Made by a program: the position numbers and the translations under genes
Assembly: GCF_003918875.1 (NCBI RefSeq)
Contig: NW_025765066.1
Coordinates: forward strand, 62,001-126,000
Direction of reading: 5' to 3'
Source of the DNA: Haliotis rubra
Lineage: Eukaryota
Length of the DNA: 64,000 nucleotides
Part shown: positions 11,680-25,459 of the stretch, one piece after another
How the letters are laid out: each line of letters begins with the position of its first letter
Position numbering within the stretch: position 1 is the stretch's first letter
The notes under the pieces: generated by a model
What the model was told of the DNA's origin: nothing
Databases searched by the model: none
What the model saw: the letters and a program-made list of their open reading frames with translations, nothing else

Positions 11680-14600
11680 TCAACCCGACCCAACTAACAC
11701 CTACAAACCCTACTTCACTCTTAAAATAAAAACTTCCCCAAACCTCCCTATCCGTACTACCTGATCCCCAACCAAAACAATACAATTCCGACCAACCAAA
11801 CACCACTCCAAAACCCTAAAACAACACCGTCCTGGCTAAATCCCATTCTAAACCTAAAACAACCCTTCCTTTACCAGCTCTGAACTCAAGTCTACTAAAC
11901 CGACCCCCAACCCAAACAATCTACTGCCCTACCTAACCTGACCCCACCCAAAGCAAACTCCCTGACCCCATCAAAACAACCTCAGCCATACAAATCTGAC
12001 CACCCAAAGCAAACCCATCTAAATCAACGAAAGACCTAACCTAATATAACCCGACCCCACCTTAAAGCAACACCAACCTGACCCCACCCAAAGCAACATC
12101 AACCCAACTCCACCCAAATCTACTCACACCCTGAACTCCATCCACCAATCTGATTTCAAACCTGCCTAAAGTTAAAACCAACTTCGACTTCTACCTAAAG
12201 CAACTCCCTCAACTCTTGGACTTCTACTCTAAAGTAAACCCACCTAAATTTGACTTCTACTAAAAGTAAATTTCAACCTGGACTTCTACTCTTAAAGTAA
12301 ATACCAACTCCGGGACTCCTACCTTAAAGTAACACTAAACTTTTCCAACTCTACCTAAAGTAAATACTCAACTCTACCTGTAAAGTAACTCCTAACCTGA
12401 CTTCTACCTAAAGTAAATACTCTAACTCTACCTTTCACCTAAAGTAAATACCTAGTCTCCGACTTACCTCTAAAGTAATACTAAACCTGACTTCTACCTA
12501 AAGCAATACCAACCTGACTCTCACCTAAAGTAAATAATTAACTTGTTCTCACCTAAAGTAATCACTAACTGGACTCTAACCTATAAAGTAACTTAATTCC
12601 TGACTTACCTAAAGTAACCCCTCAACTTCCTACTCGTAATTCCTAAAGTAAACATCAACCTGACTTCCTACTCCAAAGCAATCTACCAACCTGGACTTCT
12701 ACCTAAAGCAAATAATACTAACCTGTTCCCAATTAAAGTAAATACCAACCTGACTCCTACCTAAAGTAAATACCTCAACTCGACACTTACCTTAAAGTAA
12801 CTCTCAACTCCGGGACCTCTACCTAGAGCAATACCTAACTCCTGACTCCTACCTAAAGTAATACCAACTCCTGACCTTCTACCTTAAAGTAGTCTTAACC
12901 TTTATTCTGCCTAAAGCATAGTAAACTGACTTGTACCTAAAGTAACACTGAACCCTAATTCTACCTAGCAGTAACAATTAACCTGGACTCTTAACCTATC
13001 CACAACTCTGACTCCTGTCCTAAAGTAACACTAACCTTGACCTCCTACCGGTAAGTAAATACTCAACTCTTACTCCTACCTAAAGCAACTCCCTAACCTG
13101 GGATTCCACCTTAAAATAACACTAACCTGATTCAACTGGCTAAAGCAAACACTAACAACCTGGAATTCTACCTAAAGCAACACCAACCTGACTCCTACTC
13201 TAGTAATACCAACCTGACTAGTCAAAAGTAACTTCAACTCCTACCTAACCTAGTAAATACTAACTTCTAATTACCTAAAGTAACTCCTAACCTGACTCCT
13301 ATCTCTTAAAGCTACACTGAACCTGACTTTCTTACCTAAAGCAATACCAACTCTGGACTCCTACCTTAAAAGTAAAGTTAACCTATCTCTGATTCTAACA
13401 CTAAAAGTAACTTCAACCCTAATTTCTACTCTAAAGTACACACTAACCCTAATTTCTATCTAAAGTGCTAAATCCCCTTAACCTGACCTCTACCTCCAAA
13501 CTAACACCAACCTGATCTCTGCCAAAGTAAATGTCTAACTCCGACTCACCTAAAGCAACAACCTTGACTTCTAATTAAAGTAATTTCAACTCCTAATTTG
13601 CACCTAAAGTAAATACCAACTCCTAATTTCACCCAAAGTAATACCAACTTGATCACTAAAAGCAACTTCAACCTAACTCACTTAAAGTAAATACCCAACC
13701 TCACCCAGTAAAAGTAAATTTTAACCTGACTTCTACCTAAAATAAATAATACTAACTCCTAATTCTACCTTAAAGTAATACCAACCTAATTCCTACCTAA
13801 AGTAAATACTAACTTTCTCTCTACCTAAACAACTCCTAACTTGGATTTCTACCTAATAAACAACGGACTACCTAAAGTAAATACCAACCTAAATCTAACA
13901 TAGAGTAAATTTCAACCTGACTCTACCCAAAGTGTAGTACCAACCTGGACATCTCACTAAAGTAACCTTAACTCCAACTTCTACCCAAATAACACAACTC
14001 CTACTCCTACCTAGTAATTTTAACTCCGGGACTCCCTACCTAAAATAAATACCAACTCTCTACCCTACCTAAAGCAACACAACCTAGATTCACCTAAAGT
14101 AAATACCAACCTGTTCCTACCTAAAGTAACCCCAACTGGACTTCTACCTAATGCATTCCAACCTGATTCCTACCCAAAGGAACACTAACCTAGTTCCAAC
14201 ATACAGAGCAAATTTAACCTGACCTACCTTAAAGTAAATACTTAACTCAATTTCTACTCTAGCAATACTAACTGGACTTCTTAAAGTAACAGTCTCTTGT
14301 CCCTACTCAGCAAATAATTTGTCCTGACTCCTACCCAGTGTAACTCCTAATCTGACTCCAACTCTTAATGTAAATCCTCAACCTGACTCCTACTCTAAAG
14401 TAAATACCTAATCTCAACTCTAACATAGATCAACTTCTAACCTGCTCTACCTAAAATACCAACCTGATTCTACTTAAAGTAAATACCTTATCCTGGACTC
14501 CAGCCTAGCAACACCAACCCCAGTCTCTACCTGAGTAAATACCAACTGACTCCTACTAAAGCAAATACCAACCTGACTCCTACCTAAAGTAACACCAACC

Positions 14601-17192
14601 CTAATTTCACCTAAAGTAACCTCAACCTGACTCCTACCTAAAAGTAACACACCAACCTGACTCCCACCAAAGTAACACCAACTCCTAATGCACTCAGCAA
14701 CTCTTAACTCCTGACTCCTGCCTAAAGCTACAGTAAACTGACTGTACTCTTAAAGTAACACTAACCCAACTCCCACCTTAAAGCAACACTAACCTGACTC
14801 ACTAAATTCCATTTACAACTCCTGACTCCTACCTAAAGTAATTCCCAACTCCTGACTCCTACCTAAAGTAATACTCAATCAATTCTACCTAAAGTAACAC
14901 CAACCTGATTTACTCCAAAACAACACCAACCTGACCCTGCCAAAATAAATACACCAACTCCTGACCTCTCACCTAAAGCAACACACCAACCTGACTCTAC
15001 CTAAAGCAAACACCTCAAACTCTGACTCCTACCAGCACTTTAACCCCTAACTTTCTACCTGACTGTGCTAAATCCCTCAACCCTAATTTCTAGCCTAAAG
15101 TAACCCTTTAACCTGACTTTACCCAAAACAACACCAACTCCACCTCACTAAAAGTAAATACCAACCTGATTCCTAATTTTAAAGTAAATACCTATCCTGA
15201 CTCACCCACCCAACTAATTAAATCTGACTACACTAAAAGCAAATCCCTAACTTCCTACCCTATCCAAAGTACTACAATAAACTCCGACTCCTACCTAAAA
15301 TAACCACCAACCTGGACTCCTGCCAAAGCAATAACCAACCTGACCCCACCTAGCAACACCACTGACCTGAACTACCTAAAGCAATACCAATCAGAACTCC
15401 TAACTCAAAGTACTCACTTTACCTCTACTCCCACCCAAAGTAACACCAGTCCTGGACCCTACCTCAGTAATTTAACACTCTAACTCTACCTAAAGTAACA
15501 CTAGTCCCACCTCACCTAAAGCAACCTTAACCTGACCCTTACCTAAAATAACACCAACTCCTAATTCCTACCCAAAGCAACACCAACTCTGATCCGGACT
15601 TACCTAAAGTGTCAACTTGTTCCTACCCAAAACAAACTTTATATCTGACTCCCACCTTAATGTAAATAATTCAACCCGACCTCCTATCCTAAGCGGTAAC
15701 ACCAACTCCAACTCCCAACATAGAGCAATTTCAACTGACTCCCACCTTAAAGCAACACAAACCTGACTCCTGTTCCTTAAAGCAATCCTTAACTCAACCT
15801 CACCTAGCAATAACACACCTGACTCACCAAAGGGACTCCTGTAACCTGACCCCAAGTAAATACCTGTCAACCTAGACTCCATCAAAAGCAACTTCAACCC
15901 TAATTCCCACCTAAAGTAACACTAACTCCACCTGACCTAAGGCACTACAAACCTTAATTCCGGTAAATGTAACACCAACCTGGACTTCTTACCTAAAACT
16001 CACTTAACAACCCGACTCCCTAAGCAAAGTAAATAATTTAACCTGATCTCACTACCTAGTGTACACCAACCTATCCTGACTCCAAAGCAACATCAGCCCC
16101 ACCCCATCCAAGCAACACCAACCGGCCCACCCACCAAAAAACAACACCAGCCCGACTCCCGCCAAAAGCAACACCCAGCCGGCATCCACCCAAAGCAACA
16201 CCAGCCCGACCCCACCCAAAGCAACTTCAGCCCACCCCACCCAAAGCAACACCAACCCCACCCCACCCAAAGCAACATAACCCGACCCCACCCAAAGCAA
16301 CTTCAAGCCCAACCCACCCAAAGCAACACCAACCCTACCCCACCCAAAGCAACCTTAACCCGACCCACCCAAAACAACACCAGCCCCACCCCACCCAAAG
16401 CAGCACCAGCCTGCCCACCTAAAGCAACACCAACCTGTCCCCACCCAAAACAACCCCAATCCGACCCCACCCAATGCAACATCAGCCCGACCCCACCCAA
16501 AGCAACACCAACCCAACCCAACACAGAGCAACTTCAACCTGACCCCACCCAAAGCAACACAAACCCGACCCCACCCAAAGCAACCTTAACCCAACCCCAC
16601 CTAAAACAACACCAAGCCCAAAACACCTCCACCCAAAGCAGCACCAACCCCACCCCACCCAAAGCAACCTTAACCTGACCCCACCCAAAACAACACCAAC
16701 CTCACCCCACCCAAAGCAACACCAACCCGACCCCACCCAAAAGCAACACCAACCTGTCCCCACCCAAAGCAACCCCAATCCGACCCCACCCAATGCAACC
16801 TCAACCCGACCCCCACCCAAAGCAACACCAACCCAACCCAACACAGAGCAACTTCAACCTGACCCCACCCAAAGCAACACCAACCCCACCCCACCCAAAG
16901 CAACACTAATCGGACCCCCCTAAAGCAACACCAACCTGACTCCCACCCAAAGCAACACCAACCCGACCCCACCCAAAGCAACCCCAATCCCTGACCCCCA
17001 CCCAATGCAACCTCAACCCGACCCCACCCAAAGCAACACCAACTCAACCCAACACAGATCAACTTCAACCCGCCCCTACCCAAAACAACACCAACCCGAT
17101 CTCACCCAAAGCAACACCATCCCGACCCCACCCAAAGCAACACCAACCCGACCCCACCCAAAGCAACACCATCCGTACCAACCCCATCCCTA
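11680..17192. repeat. 26-bp C-rich minisatellite (aacccgaccccacccaaagcaacacc); G-run-rich on the minus strand
   Basis: Clean units at ~16080-17190; noisy, T-rich units at ~12100-16080. Confidence 0.92.
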
Positions 17193-17213
17193 CCGATATT
17201 CGTGGATCTGTTA

Positions 17214-17400
17214 CAACCCAGGGAAGATACAAAAGAACTCTCATGTTGCGATGGCGTAAGAGGCGACTAACGGGATCGGGTGGTCAGGCTCTCTACCCAT
17301 TTGCGTCGATCGATGATCGTGGTGTTACACGTGATCGTGATTCACACGCAAATCAATACAAACCCCGTCTTATAGCTGGGTGTGGCGTTAAACAACAAAC
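17214..17400 (+). mobile_element. SINE-like family 2, degenerate copy
   Basis: gcgtaagaggcgactaacgggatcgggtggtcagg core and ggcgttaaacaacaaac tail. Confidence 0.65.
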
Positions 17401-17784
17401 ATCATGGAGCGATGGCGTGTGTATTTGACAACACAAGGGAGACAACCAATACATGTAGTGATGGCGTGAATCTATATCAGAACAAGTGCGACTTCGTGGA
17501 TTATCTCTTACAACCCAGGGGAGGTACCCATACATTTCTGGATCTGTTACAGCACAAGGGATAATCCACGCATGCTTGCATGTTGTGAATGTGAGGAGGG
17601 TCCCTTACAACACAGTCACACATATGCACGCACACATACACGCAAACGCACACCTACACGCATACGCGGATGCATACATCAATACATACACACACACACA
17701 TCCCTATATGCATAAGTACATAGGTACATACACAAATATCATCCGAAACCGTGTTACACTGGAGACATTGTTTGTGTGAGATCA

Positions 17785-19404
17785 ATAGAGAATACTACAC
17801 GAGGTCTCATTACATACGAATTATACGAAACGAGTGTCCTTCCTATAGTATCTGACCGAGCGAAAGTACCATAAATTATATTTTGATTATACAATGATAA
17901 AATGAGACAAACCATATATAAAAACAAAGAAAGGTAACATATTTACAGGGGACAAACTTGAAACACGAACATTATCACATATAACATTGTACCACTACAA
18001 TGTCATTATGGCTTTAGTAGCTCAACTCAACAAGGGTCAGAGTAAAACTACCCATGAACAATGAGATATCTGTGCCCAGCCATAATTCGTATGTAATGAG
18101 ACCCACGTCTTACATGCATTAAATTGACAAAATAACGTATTTTTGTTAATATTTTGGTTTCAAACCGAAACCGGTTTCATAAAGAGGTTGCGGAAGAGTT
18201 TTGTACTGGAGTACAATATTTGCATGACGTCACACTGTAATGGCGTCACTGCCTAGGTAACCGACGTCACGATGCATGTCAGTTGTCATCGCCTTGGACA
18301 GCTTCCTACAGTAAACTACTCCGTAGCACCCCGTTTCTTGGTTTCCAGTTGCTTCATTCGGCTAACATCACTCGTGGAAACATTGCGTTTATGTTTTTAG
18401 ACGGATATGATGTCTCAGTTCGACTCACAATTAAACAGCGACACGGCAACGTTCGCAATGTTTCAAATTCCCACAATGCATATAAGTTGTAGAATGAATG
18501 AATTCACGTGTTTGTTATGAATGTAAAAAATAGTTACGTCAGAATGTGACCTAATTGAGAGGTCATCGGTTATCCAATCAAATCGTTATAATCTCAAGTC
18601 AAGTCGTTACGACACAGGTCAACGCGATACGACACTCGTGTGACGTACGAGATTAGTATGCAACTACCCATACGTTGACCACGTGGGTAATAAAACGAGT
18701 TATTACGCATCCGTTGAAGATACATCACTGTTTAATAATTTCGGGGCGGTGGGGTAGCCTAGTGGTTAAAGCGTTGGCTCGTCACGCCGAAGACCCGGGT
18801 TCGATTCCCCACATGGGCACAATGTGTTAAGCCCATTTCTGGTGTCCCCCGCCGTGATATTGCTGGAATATTGCTAAAAGCGGCGTAAAACTAAACTCAG
18901 TCAGTCAGTCAGTTTAATAATTTCACAATGTTATTACACATTGTGTAATAACATCGCGTGATGCCGTACGCATGACGTCAAAGTGGTTTACAGTTATGAC
19001 GTCACAATGTTAATACCTCTGTCACAATAGTCTTTGACTTTGCTTGACTCGCGGAAAGAGTCACTCGTTGAATTCTTAGGAAAAAAATACTTCGCTATTA
19101 TTTTGCTAATGTTGGGCAATAAAAAAAATCCCTAAACCATGTACGTATCTCGCCATGTGGTTACGTGGCCAAAGTAGAATACGTCCAAGAGGTGCCCACT
19201 ATCGTATCTTGTTGTTACTCCATGCCAGAATACAAAACAGTTTTGACAGTAGATTTTGAACACTACCCTGGAGTCATCAATTACATGACCCACAATGCTA
19301 TGGCGTCATAAATTTGATGACGTCACAATGCTATGACAATGCGGCACTGCAAGTCTAATGGCAGTATAACTGAAATTAGTAGACACTCGGGTAAGATTCT
19401 CTAT
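17785..19404. mobile_element. Putative non-autonomous DNA element (Crypton-like architecture) rich in TGACGTCA motifs
   Basis: Short terminal inverted repeat atagagaat / attctctat; subterminal inverted pair ggtctcattacatacgaattat (~17803) / ataattcgtatgtaatgagacc (~18082). The family assignment is from memory of similar invertebrate elements. Confidence 0.4.
18743..18911 (+). mobile_element. tRNA-derived SINE family 1, full length
   Basis: A box tagcctagtgg, B box ggttcgattcc, (cagt)n tail, 13-bp TSD gtttaataatttc. Confidence 0.93.
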
Positions 19405-20963
19405 AATCTCTTTACCAGGCCGATCTTAGACGAAATTCGGACCCACATTACGTTGTGGAAGCCACAAGTGGCCTGTCTGAACGCCGATGGTCCTGTTGAT
19501 ATTAATAATTTTACCGGATATATTTAAATATGATAATGGCCCGCCAACCGCTGACGTCGTTGATAGTTAAGCACCTAATTTGGGCCATAAGAGAATGTAG
19601 ACGTGTTCGGTGAAATTCTTGATTAACGCAATGGTTAAAACTTAAGCACGTTGCGTTCACTATCTATAAACCAACAGTGGGGCCGGATACGCTTTCGTTT
19701 TCGGTATGTCCACCCTATAAGTGCACACACACACCCGAGCCCCTAGCCCCTAGCCCCTAGCCATTAGTTGCTGAGGAGTGCAACTTTGCAGTGTCATGCT
19801 TCATTTTATAAAGAATTATGAATTCTTATCCATTAACAATCCGAGTGACAGGCGTAATTATTTCACGTTGTAAACACTGAAAAAAAACCTACAAACACAT
19901 TAGGATGTCATATTATTGTCCATCATCATTAAGGGTTTTACAGTGCAGTGCTGCTGGAGCGTGAAGCGGCACAAATACAAACAAAACTTATTTAAAATTG
20001 TTGTCAGTTTTTAAAAAACGTAAACGATTTACACTATTTCATCCGATCACAGCTGTCACGTGTCTTTATCTCTTCAGTTGTTTACATACAGTTCTCGCTC
20101 AGGGAGCATGTGATTCTGATTAGTGTAGTGGAATCTTCATGAACAGTGCAAGGGAGGTAAATCTGACAGGACTAAGTACAAGCGACAGGATGGTGAACGT
20201 GCACTGACAGCTCTCTGTGAAAGGAATGTTGTTATGTTATCACTATTTACACGAGGATGATACATAAATAACGCTCGAAAAGCAATCCTATGGTCCTAGT
20301 GAGGAGTTAAATGGAAACCACCATGACGTCAGTCCTTGGTTGGTCAAGGCCATCCTCTCTCAATAATTCTGGGAGATGTTCTTTAACTTTATTTGAGTAG
20401 CATGTGATATGAGACGGTAAATACCGAGATGATTTTACCCGTAAATGTTGTCTTTGGACGTGTAGAAATGTTCGTGTGTACGTGCAGTACATGTAGTGTG
20501 ATAAACGTCCCTTGCACCATGGCGTTATTACAGTGTGTACATGGGTACATTAAGGAGACCTCACAGTTAACGTAGATAACGATATGGAGTCACCTCTGTT
20601 ATCTATAATATACCTGTGTGAGTGCTGGCTTAGGTGCGTTTGTGTCTAGGTCTCTGTGCCTTCGTTTTTAGTATCCGTCTGTGTTGGCTCCTTGTTTCTG
20701 CAGTAATGTAAACGTTATTTGTCTCCATATATGTGTGGTTGTTATATACATGACACGCATGAGAATACGGCACCTTAGATACAACCACTCAGTGTAATAG
20801 ACATCCAACCGTTGCACAACGGTACGTTACTGCTTGCACAAAAAGCCTAACCTGGCCCAAGTTATATCTAATATAGCCTGACGAGAAAGCGCATTAAATT
20901 CACGTCTGGCAATAGTGTATTTTGCATGTTTGCAATGAATTAATATTTCAAAGTCAGTTCGAC

Positions 20964-21145
20964 CGAGTGAGTGAGTAGAGTTTTAAGCCGCGCTCAGCAG
21001 TATTCCAACTACATGGCGATGGTCTGCAAATAATCGGCCAGGACCAGACAATCCAGTGATCGACGGCATGAGCATCGATCTACGCAACTGGGAACCGATG
21101 GCATGTGTCAACTACGCCATCCAGCCTGACCACCCGTTAGTCGAC
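20964..21145 (-). mobile_element. SINE-like family 2, 5'-truncated
   Basis: Reverse-complement match to the family 2 body and tail. Confidence 0.7.
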
Positions 21146-21838
21146 CGAAAAGAGGTTTTAAAATTACTTATTTTACATAGCATTCCAAGGATTATGACTT
21201 AAGGTGAAGATAACATGTTCCGGCATTCCATACAGTCTTCATAATCATTATATGTATTCAGCGTCAAGATGAAATATGCAAGATGGCCTATAAACGCAAA
21301 CGAAACAAATCCAATGTAAAATACATGTCTTAATAATTAATTGTTTTTATCTAATCTCTCTTTTAATAGGTTTCGTTTATATAATTCATGGAAGAACGGA
21401 GTGGTACACACGTGCATGAACACGTGCATACTAATAGCAACACACAGTGCTGTGGCTCCACGTGATGACCTTTGTACTTCCTCGTTGTTGTTAAATACAT
21501 GCATAGATGAAGCAGGATTACATCTCACATGGCTGCAACACGGGCCCTCAGTGTAACACACTTTCGAAGAGTTGATTGTGATCGCATGTTGAACTCAAAA
21601 GGAAATTGAATGTGTTCATAGGTCAGCGTAGATGAAGGGAACATTTTAGGCGTCTGATAAACCCATCCGAAACCGCGCTCACAGCCGGAAATGTTTCACG
21701 TTGTATGAGAGACGTCCAGTAGCGTTTCAACACTCTCATCAATATATCGACCCGCGCATAACCATTACCGAGTCGGGTGTTTCCTCCTGTGTATTGTTAG
21801 TTACGGCGCAGCATCCACAACTGTCCTCAGCTGTTTCA

Positions 21839-22080
21839 ACCCGTGAAGATCCGGGTTAGAATTGGTCTTTGGCAATCCATGCTTGTCGTAATAGGCAACT
21901 AAAGGGATCGGGTGGTCAGGCCTGGCTGATTAAAGTAACCAACTGTGTATATCGATGCTCATGCTGTTGACCCCTAGGTTGTCTGACCGAGACTCGATTA
22001 TTTACAGACTGACGCCATATAACTGGAATATTTCTGAGTGCAGCATTACACAACAAAAAGAAACAAAACAAAAACAAACA
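21839..22080 (+). mobile_element. SINE-like family 2
   Basis: acccgtgaagatccgggttagaattggtc start; shared tail. Confidence 0.8.
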
Positions 22081-22266
22081 GAAACTTCAGGGACCTCATG
22101 GTATAATTGTGTTGACTGTGTTTGTTTCATCTGACATAACGTCAAGCTGATTACTTTCTTATAAACTCAACACGTGAATCCACCGACTGATACAGCCATG
22201 GCCCTGAACATCCTCTAGCAGGAAGAATCGACGGAATCATTACACATATTAGCTAATACCTTTGTT

Positions 22267-22462
22267 CAATATAGAACACACTTTATGGATAACAACTTCT
22301 TTTTATTCGTGAGTGCGACGTTTCGATACAGATTCTTGTACCGTTGTCAAGCATGCATTGAGTTTATCGAAACGTCGCACTCACGAATAAAAAGAAGTTG
22401 TTATCCATAAAGTGTGTTCTATATTGCACTTTCCAACTTCTAAATGCCACTCAAAGAAGAAG
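22267..22462. mobile_element. Fold-back Penelope-like mini-element
   Basis: ~60-bp inverted arms caatatagaacacac...cgacgtttcgata / tatcgaaacgtcg...gtgtgttctatattg; 11-bp TSD atacctttgtt (22256-22266 / 22463-22473); absent from the duplicated copy at ~26220. Confidence 0.85.
22314..22353 (-). ncRNA. Minimal hammerhead ribozyme motif (U3-A8 variant)
   Basis: Reverse complement reads tgcTTGACAAcggtacaagaatctgtatcGAAacgtcgca, the same 40-mer as 4033-4072. Confidence 0.65.
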
Positions 22463-25459
22463 ATACCTTTGTTGTTCTGATTGATCGGATTCTAAACGTA
22501 TCTATGGTCATTCACAACATGGCTCTTCGTCTTGTGGCAACTGCGCGTTGTCTGTTTGCTCTTGTACAAGAGTTTGCTGTGACATACAATTGCAATCCCT
22601 GCTTTACAAGTAAAATTATTCATCCCCTAGAGTTGTTATGGGACACAGCTGTGGGTCAGGCAAGGCAGGTGTAGAAACAGCTATCACTGCTACTGTAAGC
22701 TCTTTTATAATACATTTCTTAAACACGGTATTGCAGCAGTGTAAGAGAAATGACATGTGAATGATGTGATAAAAAGGCTTACTTAATAACTGAGAATCTC
22801 GTTATAATATGTTTATAGAGTACAAAATGTTCTTTATTGACCAATCGTGATCTGACCAAGCTTTGAGGCGACAATATTCCATTGCACAATGCTGTATAGT
22901 GATCAAAATACCGACTCGTTTTCCCGAATAACAGAAAAACACACACACACACAATGTCTATTGATAAAATACGTCAATGGTCACGTATAGTTAATTCACA
23001 TGTGGGTGTCATCAGCTGTCACAGCTCTGTATTTGCACGTCTACTTTGTGTCATAGCAAACGATCACAAGTTATGTTCAGCCTCGTATCCAACCATTAAC
23101 ATCTAACCTGCTTTCCACAACGACCTGTAATTAGGAGATAAACGTACTGTGTTGGGAAATTAGATGAATGTTAGGCAGAAATGATAGTCTCTAAATTTCA
23201 TTTGGAACCGAACGTGTAGCGACTAATTTGGGATTCTTTGGAACATTGATTTCATCATTTGGGACTGGATTGTGGCCAAACTTTTGTCAAAGTGTACGAA
23301 CATAGATCACCAGCAGTGACAGCCTTGCTGGGAAGCTGGCAGAGAGTGGAATTCTGGTGGTTTGTGTTTCGCCTGACCGTTATCTTGCGAATTTCCCATT
23401 CTTATGATTCTACACGGAAACAAATATACCATTTACCAGGTAGGTACATGTTTAGTGAGAATTTGCTGCACATTTTGTATAGATAGGGATGAAATTTACA
23501 AGGCTTTCTGATTTACATGTTAGATATTGTTTGTTTATGTTTGGGGCTGTGTATTGTAAGTGAGTTTGAATATTTTTATTATAGACGGTTATATGATAGT
23601 GAGGTTCCCTAATATTTGTGGAGGAAAAATCATATAATAATTGTATTTTTCGAGTTTTAATAACTGTTTTATCAGCATTCCCATCACGTCTTGATATTAG
23701 TCATGTTGGTGGTCAAGCTGATGCGGCAGTGTTGTATACGTGCGCAGTGAAGCGGTCATGAAATCAGACGAATTTTCAATCCAAAATTGATAGCGTCTAA
23801 TTTTATTGATTGACAAATCAAAATCGAGCATTTCACGTAGCCAAGGTAGAATATCTGTTGTAGAGCGGTAGATAGTCAGTGTATTCCCAACTAAAGCCTG
23901 AATGTATGAAAGTGCATAAACAAATCGACGGACATGAAGTCTTTATACATGAGATAGTTCAGCGGGTTCTATCATCATGACTGACGGATCAATGTCAAGC
24001 AGTTATACCAAGTTATTTATGAAACAGTTCCAATAGAGACAAAACACGAATCCCTGAAGTATTGTATTTTGTAATCAACGGACAGAATAGCTTAACGGTG
24101 ACATGCACATCTCAAGAATAACTCAAGAAATTCAACGAAAATATTCTTTGAACAATGTGGTGATAAGATCATTTCACAAAGAAGACAATTAAGACCTGTG
24201 ATCGCCAACGCCAGTCATTCGTGTGAACAACCTGGAACATATCTTAAATTTCTTTTTGGCAATGTCATGAATTCCGACTTCCCGAAATGAGTATGCAGTA
24301 AGCAGTTTGTACAAGTAGCTACTTGACAGGGTAGCATAAGATAAGCAAAGGTTATGCCCAATTTAACCAAATTCAGTGAATATATTTATATATATAGTTC
24401 AATTAATTTAAACACACTAGTTATTTCCGCGACATTTACATTTCAACGTCTTTTCAAATGACAGTTCAAACGTTATTTTACGATTGCAGATAATATTAAT
24501 GTATTCTTGAGTGACAGACAATCGTAAACTGGATTCGAAGGTACATGAAAAGAAGATAGGTAAAGTTGAACTTCCCTTTATCAATTGTCGTTAGCATTTC
24601 GGTGATGTTCGTAACTGAGACATGTGGATGATACTATCAACATTGAGAACATTATGAAGGTTTTACAAACAGTTTGCACGTTATTTTTCAGTTGGAAAAT
24701 GTAAATACTAACAGACTTTGTACTACTATCTTAGATCTACCAAGGGTCATACTGACATGAGCATCGGACATAACACGGGACCAGTAACTCTTATTCTGCT
24801 GTACCGATGGTGTTAAGCAGAATCAAGGTACATTTATCTGTATTCACGGTTATGTTTATTTTCCACGGTGGTCAAATTCACCTGTACATCCGTGGTCTAC
24901 CCGCAACTTGTCATCTATTATATACCTGTATCATAAAAGCTCCGGTCAAACTAAATGATATCACTCTGTCGAGACAGCCAGATGTAATTCACAATCCCAA
25001 CCTTATCGTCAGTTTGAACAGCAAACTAGATCAGTGATAGGTAGAATGAGTATCAAATATATACGGCAGGTAGTCACAAGTCCTAGTAGCTCATTAATAA
25101 ACTAATTGTTTAATCACGCAGGTAAAAACGTTACTATTTTAAATATTAACAATATCTTCAAGTTTATAGTAATGGTAATTGAAAAAACTTGACAATAATG
25201 TGTGTATATTCCAAACAATCCCACTGTTCTACTGCTGTAAACAGTTTATGCCAGCTCTGTTAACGTGATCACGTATGGTATATGTATCGTGAGTAATGTA
25301 GTATGTATCTTGTGTAATGAATCGCTATCATATTTACCTTAATGTTTTTCGTATATGTGTACTTCTATAAATAATTGTAACGTGCTATTTAACTTGGTTC
25401 TACATATTCAGCAGCAGATTGATGATGTGTAATGAATCTGGGTCGGGGTGGTACACACG

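Larger units (their letters stand above)
21400..23000 (+). repeat. Local direct duplication, copy 1 (partner at ~25460-26812)
   Basis: Collinear similarity from gtggtacacacgtgcat through a shared family 2 SINE to attgataaaata.gtcaat. Confidence 0.8.

Noticed and set aside
15604-17259. Gly/Val/Trp-rich and Pro/Gln-rich ORFs
   Set aside because: They are translations of the 26-bp satellite in several frames.
18743-18815. tRNA gene
   Set aside because: It is the head of a multi-copy SINE with body, tail and TSD; the same applies to the other copies.
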